A stretch of DNA of 64,000 bases from Phycisphaerae bacterium (lineage in GTDB: Bacteria; Planctomycetota; Phycisphaerae; UBA1845): positions 28,882 to 92,881 of the forward strand of contig DAOQSN010000013.1 of the NCBI GenBank assembly GCA_035356615.1, given 5' to 3'. The position numbers and the translations under genes were made by a program. Positions 18,188 to 27,619 of this stretch are shown here, piece after piece. Below the pieces are notes generated by a model that was not told the DNA's origin, did no database searches, and was given only the letters and a program-made list of their open reading frames with translations. Numbering within the stretch: position 1 is the first letter of the stretch; each line of letters starts with the position of its first letter.

Positions 18188-18293
18188 GGCGGCGCACCAT
18201 GAATCCCCGTGAATCGCGCCCGGTCGCGCGGGATGCGGTCCGTGCTTGTCGTCGTGGTAGACGGCGGAACACGGAGCGGCTATAGAAGCCGGG

Positions 18294-20462
18294 ATGCCGA
18301 CGTTGGAGGCACAATTGCGGGAGCAGCTTCTCGCGGACCTGACGGAGCCGCAGCGGGAGGCCGTCACGTGTACCGACGGGCCGCTGCTGGTACTGGCCGG
18401 GGCGGGCAGCGGCAAGACGCGGGTGATTACGCGGCGGGCGGCTTACCTCGCCGGCACGGTCGCGACGCCGGCGCAGGTGCTGGCCATCACGTTCACGAAC
18501 AAGGCCGCCCGCGAGATGCGCGAGCGCATCGACGCCCTGAGGTTGGCCGGCGGACTGCCGGTGGCGACGTTTCACGCCTGGTGCGCCCGCACCCTGCGTA
18601 TCCACCACGAACGGGCCGGCGTGCCGCGTGAGTTCACGATCCTGGACACCGACGATCGACGCAAGGTCATCAAGGACGCGACCCTCGCGGCCGAGTTGTC
18701 CCCGACGAACTTCCCGCCGGCGCGGGTCGAGAACCTCATCTCGCAGGCCAAGAACGCCCTGCGGCTGCCGGACCGCTATGAACAGCAGGCGGTCGATTGG
18801 GAGCAGCGAGCGGTGGCCCGCATTTACGCGGCGTATGAGAAGCTGCTGAGGCGGATGGCGTGCCTGGATTTCGACGACCTGCTCCTGCGCCTGGCCCTGC
18901 TGCTGGCCGAGGACGCCGAGTTGCGCGACCGGCTGGAGGAGCAGCACCGCTACCTGCTCATCGACGAGTACCAGGACACGAACGCGGCCCAGTACCAGAT
19001 CGCCCGGCTGCTCACCCAGCAGCGGCGCAACCTGTGCGCGACGGGGGATCCGGACCAGTCCATCTACGGCTGGCGTGGGGCGGACATACGCAACATCCTG
19101 TCCTTTGAGCATGACTACCCGGAGGCCCGCGTGGTGCGGCTGGAGCAGAACTACCGCTCGACGCAGCGCATCCTGGCGGTGGCGGACGCCCTGATTTCAG
19201 GCAACGTGCGTCGCAAGCAGAAACGGCTGTGGACGGAGAACCCGGCCGGGGCGGCAGTGCGCGTCGTCGAGTGTGAGACGTATGCGGACGAGGCCGAACT
19301 GGTGGCGCGGGAGATCGGGCAGGCAAAGACGGCCGGCACCCGCCTCGACGACGTGGCGGTGCTCTATCGCGTCAACGCCTTGAGCCGCGCGCTCGAGGAA
19401 GCGCTGCTGCGCGCGGGGATTCCTTACCAGATCGCGCGCGGGGTGGAGTTTTACAACCGCAAGGAGATCAAGGACGTCCTGGCGTACCTGCGGGCGCTGG
19501 TCAACCCGGCCGATGAGGTGTCGCTGTTGCGGGCGATCAACGTGCCGCCGCGGGGCATCGGCGAGACGACCCTGGAGCGGCTCGTTGGGCACGCGCGGGC
19601 TGCCGGTCGGACGGTGCTGGAGGTGATCCAGGCGGACGATCTGCAAGCCGTAGGGCGGGTGGCGGCGCGGGTGCGCGAGTTCGGCGTGCTGTGGGCGCAG
19701 TTACGGCCGCTGCTGGAGGGCCCGCCGTTTGCCGCCCTCGGCGCGGTGCTGCGGGAAAGCGGGCTGCGGGCGTACTATGGCGAGGAGAACGACCCGGACG
19801 AGGGGCGGCGCCGCAACCTGGATGAGCTGCTCAATGCCGCCCGCGAGTACGAGTTGCAGCAGCCGGAGGCCACCGTGCTCGACTGGCTCGAACACACGGC
19901 CCTCATCGGCGACGTGGATGCCGTGCGCGAGGGGACCGGGACGGTGACGCTCATGACGTTGCACGCGGCCAAGGGACTGGAGTTCCCGGTTGTCTTCATC
20001 ATCGGGCTCGAGGACGGGCTGTTGCCGTTCCGTCGCGAGAACGATCAGCCCGCTGACGACGAGGAGGAGCGGCGGCTGTGCTTCGTGGGGATGACACGGG
20101 CGCGCGAGGTGCTGACGCTGACGCGGGCGCGCCGACGCATGCTGCGGGGGAAGACGGAGTACACGACGCGCAGCGAATTCCTGGAGGAGGTACGCCGGGC
20201 AGGCGTGGAGTGGATCAGCACGGAGACGACCTCGCCAAGCCGGAGCCGGCACCCGGACGCGGGCGCGTTGCCCGAGGACGCGGAGGAGTGGGCTGTCGGC
20301 ACGCTGGTGCGCCACCCGCGTTACGGGCTGGGGCGTATCGAGGAGATCGCGCGCGGCGCCCGGCGGACGCACGTGCGGGTGCTCTTCGAGAGCGGGCATG
20401 AGCAGGCGTGGGTGCTGGAGTTTGCCGACCTGACGCGGGTGGACTTCCACGAAGTGGACTGA
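18294..20462 (+). CDS. UvrD/PcrA/Rep-family ATP-dependent DNA helicase
   Basis: It has Walker A AGAGSGKTRVITRR, ITFTNKAAREM, LLIDEYQDTN, QNYRS and TLHAAKGLEFPVVFI. A C-terminal Tudor-like segment reads VRHPRYGLGRIEEI. Confidence 0.9.
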   Translation: MPTLEAQLREQLLADLTEPQREAVTCTDGPLLVLAGAGSGKTRVITRRAAYLAGTVATPAQVLAITFTNKAAREMRERIDALRLAGGLPVATFHAWCARTLRIHHERAGVPREFTILDTDDRRKVIKDATLAAELSPTNFPPARVENLISQAKNALRLPDRYEQQAVDWEQRAVARIYAAYEKLLRRMACLDFDDLLLRLALLLAEDAELRDRLEEQHRYLLIDEYQDTNAAQYQIARLLTQQRRNLCATGDPDQSIYGWRGADIRNILSFEHDYPEARVVRLEQNYRSTQRILAVADALISGNVRRKQKRLWTENPAGAAVRVVECETYADEAELVAREIGQAKTAGTRLDDVAVLYRVNALSRALEEALLRAGIPYQIARGVEFYNRKEIKDVLAYLRALVNPADEVSLLRAINVPPRGIGETTLERLVGHARAAGRTVLEVIQADDLQAVGRVAARVREFGVLWAQLRPLLEGPPFAALGAVLRESGLRAYYGEENDPDEGRRRNLDELLNAAREYELQQPEATVLDWLEHTALIGDVDAVREGTGTVTLMTLHAAKGLEFPVVFIIGLEDGLLPFRRENDQPADDEEERRLCFVGMTRAREVLTLTRARRRMLRGKTEYTTRSEFLEEVRRAGVEWISTETTSPSRSRHPDAGALPEDAEEWAVGTLVRHPRYGLGRIEEIARGARRTHVRVLFESGHEQAWVLEFADLTRVDFHEVD

Positions 20463-20472
20463 GGAATCCGTC

Positions 20473-21531
20473 ATGGAACATGCCGTCATCATGGCCGGGG
20501 GGGGCGGGACGCGGCTGTGGCCGCTGAGTCGTGCGCAGCGCCCCAAGCAACTGCTGCGTCTGTTCGACAAGGTCAGTCTGTTGCGGCTCTCTTATGAACG
20601 GGCGGCCGCCCTGCTGCCTGCCGAGCGCATCTATGTAATCACGCTGGCCGGGTACCTGCCGCTGGTGGCTGAGGAGTTGCCCGAGCTGCCGGGCGAGAAC
20701 CTGCTCGACGAGCCCGTGCCGCGCGACACGGCCAATGCCGTCGCGTTGTCCGCGGCCATCCTGGCGCGCCGCGATCCGGACGCGGTCCTGGCGGTGTTGA
20801 CGGCCGACCAGCTTATCAGCCCGCTCGCTGAGTTCCGCCGGGCGGTCGAGACGGGATTGCGGCTCGCGCGCGAATACCCCGATGCGCTGGTGACGTTCGG
20901 CATCCGGCCGCAACGGGCCGAGACGCAGTTCGGCTACGTGCGGCGCGGGAAGGCCCTGGCACCGGGTGTGTATGAGGTTGAGAAGTTCACCGAGAAACCG
21001 ACGGCCGAAACGGCTGAGCAGTATATTCGCAGCGGCAACTATTACTGGAACAGCGGCATGTTCGCCTGGCGGGCGGAAACGATCCTGGCTCAACTGCGGG
21101 AGCGTCTGCCGGCCGCACATGAGGCGGGCGTGCGTCTCGCGGCGACCTGGGGCACGCCGCAGGGACAGCGCGCGTTGGCGGAAACGTACCCCGCGTTGCC
21201 GAAGATCAGTATCGACTTTGCCGTGCTGGAGCAGGCGCCGCGGGTGCTGGTGGTGGAGATGGACTGTCAGTGGCAGGACGTGGGCTCCTGGGCGGCGCTG
21301 GCCCGAGCGTTGCCGGCCGACGCCGATGGCAATGTGAACGCTGCTGGGCAGGTCGTCCAGCTTCGCTCGCGCGGCAACCTGGTCGTCTCCGAGCAGGCGC
21401 ACCTGATTGCCACGCTGGGCGTGCAGGACCTGGTGATCGTGCATGCCGCCGATGCCACGCTCATTTGCCACAAGGATCAGGCGGCGAACCTGAAGGAGCT
21501 GTTGGGATTGATCGGCGAAGGGCGCACGTGA
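20473..21531 (+). CDS. Mannose-1-phosphate guanylyltransferase-like nucleotidyltransferase
   Basis: The N-terminal IMAGGGGTRLWPLSR...PKQLL, then FGYV and a FTEKP segment, are typical of the ManC/CpsB N-terminal domain. There is no C-terminal cupin/isomerase domain. Confidence 0.82.
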   Translation: MEHAVIMAGGGGTRLWPLSRAQRPKQLLRLFDKVSLLRLSYERAAALLPAERIYVITLAGYLPLVAEELPELPGENLLDEPVPRDTANAVALSAAILARRDPDAVLAVLTADQLISPLAEFRRAVETGLRLAREYPDALVTFGIRPQRAETQFGYVRRGKALAPGVYEVEKFTEKPTAETAEQYIRSGNYYWNSGMFAWRAETILAQLRERLPAAHEAGVRLAATWGTPQGQRALAETYPALPKISIDFAVLEQAPRVLVVEMDCQWQDVGSWAALARALPADADGNVNAAGQVVQLRSRGNLVVSEQAHLIATLGVQDLVIVHAADATLICHKDQAANLKELLGLIGEGRT

Positions 21532-21632
21532 ATAGCGAATGGCGAATAGCGAATAGCAAATGAAGGGGGCGACAGGCTGTGTAGGGTGGGCATCGCCCAC
21601 CACGACAGCCGTGCGGGGTGGGCATCGCCCAC
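21531..21632. repeat. Composite intergenic mosaic element (aatagcgaatggcgaatagcgaatagc + gtagggYggg...cccRcc palindromes), copy 1
   Basis: It starts at the manC-like stop codon. Nearly the same arrangement recurs at 34983..35092. Confidence 0.8.
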
Positions 21633-21663
21633 CGGACCGTCCACCGGCGGATTGTTACTTTCG

Positions 21664-22086
21664 ATGTCTCGGTTTCTGGGTATTGACTACGGTACGAAGC
21701 GCATCGGTCTGGCGATCGGCGACACGGTCGGGCGCCTGGCCACGCCGCTGGCTACGCTGGAGGCACCGGAGCCTCCGGACCGCCAGGTCGAGGCGGTGCT
21801 CACCTGCGCGCGGGAGTACGAGGTGGATGCCTTTGTGGTCGGCTTGCCGCTGAACATGGACGACACGGAGGGTCCCCAGGCGCAGAGCGTCCGGCGCTTC
21901 GGCACCGCCCTGGAGGCGGCCGGCGGTTTGCCTGTCCATTATTGTGATGAGCGTCTTTCCAGCCTCACCGCCGATGAACTGATGCAGGGCACGGAGTTGA
22001 CGCGTAAGCAGAAGAAACGCCGGCGCGATCGCCTGGCGGCGCAAGTCATGCTCCAGGCTTTCCTCGACGCCGCCCCGTCGGCGTAG
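21664..22086 (+). CDS. ruvX: Holliday-junction resolvase-like nuclease YqgF/RuvX
   Basis: It was trimmed to the ATG at 21664 (MSRFLGIDYGTKRIGLAIGD...). VVGLPLNMDDTEGPQA, DERLSS and the ~140 aa length fit the family. Confidence 0.85.
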   Translation: MSRFLGIDYGTKRIGLAIGDTVGRLATPLATLEAPEPPDRQVEAVLTCAREYEVDAFVVGLPLNMDDTEGPQAQSVRRFGTALEAAGGLPVHYCDERLSSLTADELMQGTELTRKQKKRRRDRLAAQVMLQAFLDAAPSA

Positions 22087-22132
22087 CATCCGCCCCCTGC
22101 GGCCAACGCCACGCTGCTTCGGCGGTTGCTCG

Positions 22133-23044
22133 TCAGGTGCTTCGTGCGGCAGGGACCGGGGCTTTCTTGGGCGGGACGAGGAACTGCGCCTGGCACTTGC
22201 GACAGACGTGTCCCCGCCCCCGGGCATTGTCGGGAACGACGTTGGTCTCGCCACACTTCGGGCACATGATGCCGACACAGTCCTTGGGCAACGCCACGGC
22301 GGGGCATTTCGGCGGGGGGGCGGGCGTCTTGGCGCGAGCGGCCGGCAGGATGTCGTCCTGCGGCTTGCGCGCCGGACGGCGGGCGGGCGCCAGCGCGGGC
22401 TTGCGACGGGGCGGGGCGGTGGCCGCGGGCCGCGCCGGCAGCGGCATGCCGCGCGCTGCCTCATAACAGTGCGTGAAGAGCAATTCATACTCCAGAGACT
22501 GGAGTTGCCGGATGATCTGCTCGGTGGCCTGCGACAGCTTCCCGGCGCGGGCCTGCTCGTACAGGTCAATGAACATGTACGGCTCCCACTCCCCGGCCTG
22601 CACCAGAATGCCTTTGAAGCGGGCCAGCAGCGGATCCACCCCTAGCCCGATCAGTTCGCCGGACTGCTGGTGCAGCACCGACAGGATCACGTGGGCGCCG
22701 AGTTGGGTGTAGAGGGTCTTGCTGTTGTCCGGCTGGCCCGCGTGGCGAGCAGCCAGCGCGTCAAGGTAGATTCGCTCCTGCGGCGGTGCGGTCCGGCCCC
22801 AGGTGGCGCAGTCGGCGAGGTGCCCATTCCAGAGATACAGCAGCGCCCGCACGGCCGCCGCCATCGGCTGACTCGCCACGGACGCACAGCCGAGCAGCTT
22901 GGTGTCATCTCCGAGTCCGTTGAGCATTTCCTTGGCGAGGCGGACCGGCTTGGCGGACCACTGCAAAGGTGGCAGTTCGGCCCCCCGCAACAACAGCAAG
23001 GACGCCACCTCCGGCGCAAGCTGGGAAGGATCAAGCCTGAGCAT
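22133..23044 (-). CDS. Hypothetical protein with a C-terminal zinc-ribbon
   Basis: It was trimmed to MLRLDPSQ at 23044. The C-terminus MCPKCGETNVVPDNARGRGHVCRKCQAQFLVP is a CxxC...CxxC ribbon preceded by a Pro/Ala/Arg linker. Confidence 0.55.
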   Translation of the reverse strand: MLRLDPSQLAPEVASLLLLRGAELPPLQWSAKPVRLAKEMLNGLGDDTKLLGCASVASQPMAAAVRALLYLWNGHLADCATWGRTAPPQERIYLDALAARHAGQPDNSKTLYTQLGAHVILSVLHQQSGELIGLGVDPLLARFKGILVQAGEWEPYMFIDLYEQARAGKLSQATEQIIRQLQSLEYELLFTHCYEAARGMPLPARPAATAPPRRKPALAPARRPARKPQDDILPAARAKTPAPPPKCPAVALPKDCVGIMCPKCGETNVVPDNARGRGHVCRKCQAQFLVPPKKAPVPAARST

Positions 23045-23297
23045 GATAAGACCGCACCTTGTGAGACAATGGACCCCTGACGCGTGCTCCCGGCAGCCCG
23101 TTGGAGAAGCAGCGTCGGCCCCCCGGGCCGACGTAGAAGGTGTCAGGTACACCGGTCCGCGCGGCACCGACTGCGGACGCGAGACCCTCAACAGGCTGCC
23201 CGTGTTGTATCGGTGTCAACGTGGGTCGGCTTGGGTGGGTACGTTCGCGCCGCGTGCGAACCGTTGGGAAACCGGCGAAGTATCGGACTGTCACCCG

Positions 23298-25502
23298 TCA
23301 GCCGGCCGGGACGCTCGCGTCCACCGGTGCAGCCACCCGGATGATACAGGTCTCGCGCGTCGGCAATGCCCGCAGGGTCACGAGCGTCGTGGCGGACCCC
23401 GCCCGGTAGACCCACTGCGGGGGGCTCAGCACCCGTTCATTAACCCGCACCTCGCGAGGGGGCGCGGTGCCGACCAGTTCCAACACCGTATCGCGGCGGA
23501 AGGGCACGACGGCCGGTTCGCCTGCCAATGGCCCGACGTGGATTTCGTGCGCGCCGCCGTCCAGCGGGGCGTACTCCAGGTGGGTCCAGGCGTAGCGCCC
23601 GCCCTGATAGGCATTGGTCTCGCCGTCATCGTGGTAACAACGGGCGCTCCCGGCCGGCCCGGCGTGCACGCGTACGTGTAGGGCCCGCTCGGTCTGGCGG
23701 CTGTACAGGCAACCCGGCGGCGCCATCGGCACCGGCACGCCCGCGCGGACGAACACGGCCATCATGTCCAGCGGCAGGCTCAGCGTGAGCTCCACCGGCC
23801 CCACGTGCACGGCGCCGGTCAGCAGGTGGCACCAAGTCCCCGGCGGCAGCCAGACCGTAACGTCGGCCACGCGCTGCGGGCCGGTGCCAGGTTGGGTCAC
23901 CGGCGCCACGAGCAGGTCATCGCCGAACAGGAACTGCCCCTCGGCCCGGTAGGCGCGTTCCTCGTCGGGATACGCCAGGTACACTGGTCGTACCAGCGGC
24001 AGGCCCGTGTCGTACGTCCGGCGGGCCATCGTGTAGATATACGGCAACAGGCGATAACGCAGGGCATACGCGCGTCGGGCGACCTCGTCAAACGGCGGTC
24101 CGTCCAGCCAGGGCCGGCGGTCGTTGTGGGCCGAGCGCGTGCTGTGCACCCTCAGCGCGGCCGTGAACGCCCCGAATTGCAGCCAGCGCACGAACAGCTC
24201 GGGATCCGTCCGCTCGTCCGCGTAGTGTCCGCCCAGATCGTGCGACCAGTAGGTCGCCCCGACGTTGCCGCCGGCTGCCGTGAACCGCACCTGGAAACGC
24301 AACACCTCCCAGCTCGCGTGCGTGTCGCCGGAGAAGTGCAACGGGTAGCGATGGTTGCCCCAACCGGCCCAGCGGCTCAGGAGCAGCCCGCGCCGGTTCG
24401 TTCCGGGTCGCCCGGCGTCGGTGGCGTGCAGGTGATTCAGCCACAGGAGCGGATCGAGCCCGGGCACCGCGCAGCGACGCTCCTGTTGCCAGTCGATCCA
24501 CCAGAAGTCCACGCCCTGCCGCTCCAGCGGATGATGCAGGAGCCGGAAGTACTCACGCATGTAGTTGCGGTCGGTAACATCGAAGGGGATGGGTTGTCGC
24601 TCGCTGGGGTTGCGTCCCAACGCCTCCGCGAAGGCCGGGTACGCCCGTTCGTGCGGATGGACGCCGTCGGCCGGATGGAGGTTCAGCGTGACCCGCAGAC
24701 CTCGCGCGTGCAGGGCCTTCAGCAGCGCCGTCGGGTCGGGAATCAGCTTCGCGTTCCAGGTGTAGCCCGTCCACCCTTCCAGGTGCCAGTCCATGTCAAG
24801 CACCATGACGTCCAGCGGAAAGGCGTGGGCGCGGTACTGATCGGCGATCTTGACGAAGTCGCGTGCCGGGTACGGCCAGTAGCGGGAATACCAGCTTCCG
24901 AATGCAAACCGCGGCGGCAGAGGCACGGGGCCCGCCACGGCCAGCAGGTCGCGCAGGGCGGTCTCGTAGTCGCGCCCGTAGCCGAAGAAGTACCAGTCCA
25001 CGGCGGCCGGGTCGGCCGCGCGGGCCGCGATCCAGCCGTTGGTCAGCACCGGAGCGTGCGAGTCGTCCAGCACGAACCATCCCGCGCGGGAGAGCACGCC
25101 GTCACCAAGCGGGGCCGGGCCGCTGCACTCATCAAGCGTGCGCAAGGTGCCGCCGAGGCTCCCGGTGTTGCGCATCCCGGGTACCCAGCGAACCTCGCCG
25201 GCTGGTGTGGGCACGACAATCGAGAGGTTGTCCTGGCCGAGCCCCTCGGGCCCCGGCGCGTAGCGTACGCACAGGCGGTCCGTCTGGATCGTCAGAACCT
25301 CGCCGTCCCGTTGGACGGTCATGGCCGGAACCGGCAGGCGCCGTCGCACGGCGAACAGGGTGGGACGCCCCTCGAACCGCTCCGTAGGGTCGTACTCCAG
25401 GCGTACCAGGGAAGGCGTCAGCACGGTGAAGCGGGCCCGCCCGGCCTGGACCATCGCAGCGGGATGGGCACGCCCGGAGGCCGTTCTGCTTGGCTTCTTC
25501 AT
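23298..25502 (-). CDS. Glycoside hydrolase family 31 (alpha-glucosidase/alpha-xylosidase-like)
   Basis: DVMVLDMDWH...WTGYTWN...FPDP, GVDFWWIDWQQE and YWSHDLGGH match the GH31 (beta/alpha)8 core, nucleophile and acid/base regions. The start was set at MKKPSR (25502). Confidence 0.82.
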   Translation of the reverse strand: MKKPSRTASGRAHPAAMVQAGRARFTVLTPSLVRLEYDPTERFEGRPTLFAVRRRLPVPAMTVQRDGEVLTIQTDRLCVRYAPGPEGLGQDNLSIVVPTPAGEVRWVPGMRNTGSLGGTLRTLDECSGPAPLGDGVLSRAGWFVLDDSHAPVLTNGWIAARAADPAAVDWYFFGYGRDYETALRDLLAVAGPVPLPPRFAFGSWYSRYWPYPARDFVKIADQYRAHAFPLDVMVLDMDWHLEGWTGYTWNAKLIPDPTALLKALHARGLRVTLNLHPADGVHPHERAYPAFAEALGRNPSERQPIPFDVTDRNYMREYFRLLHHPLERQGVDFWWIDWQQERRCAVPGLDPLLWLNHLHATDAGRPGTNRRGLLLSRWAGWGNHRYPLHFSGDTHASWEVLRFQVRFTAAGGNVGATYWSHDLGGHYADERTDPELFVRWLQFGAFTAALRVHSTRSAHNDRRPWLDGPPFDEVARRAYALRYRLLPYIYTMARRTYDTGLPLVRPVYLAYPDEERAYRAEGQFLFGDDLLVAPVTQPGTGPQRVADVTVWLPPGTWCHLLTGAVHVGPVELTLSLPLDMMAVFVRAGVPVPMAPPGCLYSRQTERALHVRVHAGPAGSARCYHDDGETNAYQGGRYAWTHLEYAPLDGGAHEIHVGPLAGEPAVVPFRRDTVLELVGTAPPREVRVNERVLSPPQWVYRAGSATTLVTLRALPTRETCIIRVAAPVDASVPAG

Positions 25503-25936
25503 GACGGTCGCCTGCTTTCTCCCGGATCCCCCCAAGTGTCAACCGGGCCCGCGCCCTGCACCCCGGTGCCGCTTGTCGTATCGTAGCGTGTTCGACCAGG
25601 GGGTGATACAGCATCCCGGCATGACGCAGTGGCCGGCGCAGACGTGAGCAGGGGAACCGTGTCGGCGGCGGCGTCCAGCCGCAGGGCCCGGGCCTGGCCC
25701 CCCGCGAACCGCGCGCCGCCCGGCCCTCGTGGGCTCACGCAGTCCCCGGATGGGAAGCACCCCCTTCCCCCGGTGCCGGCTCCACGGTATCCTGGTGTCT
25801 ATCAACTCTGGTTCAGGATGGCAACACCCACTCGGCGGTGGGGACGCCATCCAGGTGCGACCGCAGTTGCCTGCGGTGCGAAGGCGTGGGGGGCTGACGC
25901 GAACGTGCTCACATCATATTTGGGAGGAATGGAAAC

Positions 25937-26494
25937 ATGAACCGTACATGGCTGCTCCTGGGGATGCTCGGGGTGGTGCTGTTCACCACCATCCGGGCGG
26001 AAGCTACGTGCTGAGGGTGACACAGGTACAGCGGGCAGTCTGCCTGCGATACCGATTGGGTGACGGCCGAACAGTGTCAACAAGCCTGCCAGGCCGGCGG
26101 GTGGGACTGGTGCGAGTGGGACCCGGACCCGTTCGCGGTCTGCAATCCCGACAACACCTGCCCTAACCCCACGATCTTCTTCTATTGTGGTACCGGATGT
26201 TGTGAGTGAAGGGACAGCGTCATTGGCGCCCAGGATGGGTGCATGAACAATGCGACGTACGACGCCTGCGTGGCTGCCTGCCAGGCCGGGCGGTACTCCT
26301 GGTGCCGCTGGACGCCGAGCCAGCAGTGCCAACCCGGGTACGTTTGTGACGGACCAAACGCCCAGCTCATTCATGGGTGCGCGGATCCGCCGGTGCCTGC
26401 GGTTGCCGCATGGGGTGTGCTGCTGCTGGCAAGCGGGCTCGCCGCGGGTGGAAGTGCCACGATATGGCACCGACACAGGCGACGGCACACGTGA
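25937..26494 (+). CDS. Cys-rich secreted/anchored small protein, continuous only through three in-frame TGA codons (26012, 26018, 26207): selenoprotein, recoding or pseudogene candidate
   Basis: GGAGG lies 9 nt upstream of the ATG, and the signal peptide is MNRTWLLLGMLGVVLFTTIRAEA. Two paralogous Cys modules share ACQAG..WC.W. The C-terminus is PVPAVAAWGVLLLASGLAAGG...HRHRRRH, a hydrophobic stretch plus basic anchor. A hairpin follows the final stop. Confidence 0.45.
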
Positions 26495-26500
26495 ACGCAG

Positions 26501-26522
26501 GCGCTGCCCGGTCGGGCAGCGC
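26501..26522 (+). terminator. Perfect 9-bp GC hairpin (gcgctgccc-ggtc-gggcagcgc) 7 nt after the stop of the Cys-rich ORF
   Basis: The hairpin was read directly. No U-tract follows, so the assignment as an intrinsic terminator is tentative. Confidence 0.4.
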
Positions 26523-26700
26523 GAGTACGCGGTGACTGGTGCACGCGCGCGTAACGCGCGGATGATCCACACGCGACCCCTACGCAACCCCGGCCCCCGG
26601 AGATCACTCCGTGGGCCGGCTTCGTTCCGGCTCAACTGACGTACCTGGCCGCGGTCCGCGCGACGGCTACTGCGCAACCCCGCAGGGCGGCGCTCACGCC

Positions 26701-26898
26701 TCAGAACAACTTGTCCAGCTCCTGATCAAGCCAGTCGTCAAACGTGATCTCGCGGTGCTCATCATAGTTTACCACCGCGTTGACGCCGGCAACGAGACGC
26801 TGGAAATCGGTGGGGCTGCACGTCGTCTCCGCCAATGTGGCCAGCAGCGCTCCCGCCAGAACCTTCGCCAGTCTCCGCCCGGTTTGGGTATGGGTCAT
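26701..26898 (-). CDS. Small hypothetical protein (65 aa)
   Basis: ORF 26701..27018 was trimmed to MTHTQTGRRLAKVLAGALLATLAETTC..., a signal-peptide-like N-terminus. I recognise no family. Confidence 0.3.
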   Translation of the reverse strand: MTHTQTGRRLAKVLAGALLATLAETTCSPTDFQRLVAGVNAVVNYDEHREITFDDWLDQELDKLF

Positions 26899-27472
26899 GC
26901 TCGTTACCTCCCACTCGCGCCTGCGCCCGACCTCCGTGACAGAGTGTGCGGCGGCCAAGCGGCACCTGGGCATCCTGCCCGATTCCGGCTGGACCACTAC
27001 TGATCCTAGTCGTTCCAATTATCCCATGTTATCGGACAACATTTACCCATATGACTATCGAAAATTGCGTTATAATATCGCCTCGCACTTGCATTGGATG
27101 GGGGCGAGCGGCAAGTACGGTCGCGTTGCGGTACCGGCGTGCGACTTGGTCGGCCGAGGAGCGCCGGCCGGGGCACGCGACGTGAGTTATTGACTTTGGG
27201 GCGATGAGGGCGTACCCTTCCCCCTTCCGAGCGCGACCGGGGGACGGGCGCGCCGGTGGAGAGTCTCACGACCCTGAGGGGCGGATTCTTGCCCGCGCCG
27301 TTGCAGCGCGGGCGAACGCTGGGCATTCTCGCAAGGCGGCAGGGTGCCCAGGCCTCGGTCGTGAGTGGCCGCCGCAACTCCTTCCTGATGCCTGGACGGG
27401 CCCCTCGGCTATCCCGGGTGCTTCAAGGGAACGTTGCCGCGGTCGAGGCGTGCGGGTATGCGCCCGGTGGAT

Positions 27473-27543
27473 TGCCCGGTGGTGTAATGGTAACACACCA
27501 GGTTTTGGTCCTGGCGTTCCAGGTTCGAATCCTGGCCGGGCAG
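27473..27543 (+). tRNA. tRNA-Gln (anticodon UUG)
   Basis: The cloverleaf was folded by hand. Acceptor tgcccgg/ccgggca has U1-A72, the D arm is gtgt-aatggta-acac, and the anticodon arm is ccagg-ttTTGgt-cctgg. The T arm is ccagg-ttcgaat-cctgg and the discriminator is G. CCA is not encoded. Confidence 0.9.
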
Positions 27544-27619
27544 GTTCGTCGGGGGCAGGAACACTCCGCGTGAGCACGTGGTTGAGCCGGCAGGCGGCGA
27601 CGAACGGAGTCAGGGCGAT

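Noticed and set aside
25729-26166. The 145-aa ORF in the track that covers the first half of the Cys-rich locus.
   Set aside because: It is in a different frame from the signal peptide, the Cys-module paralogy and the C-terminal anchor. Its translation is Arg/Gly-rich with no features. The TGA-containing frame explains the locus better.
27071-27076. A TATAAT hexamer in an AT-rich patch (27000..27110) as a promoter for tRNA-Gln or the divergent small ORF.
   Set aside because: There is no acceptable -35 element at 17 +/- 1 nt, the site lies ~400 nt from the tRNA, and promoter consensus for this lineage is unknown. The evidence is too weak to annotate.
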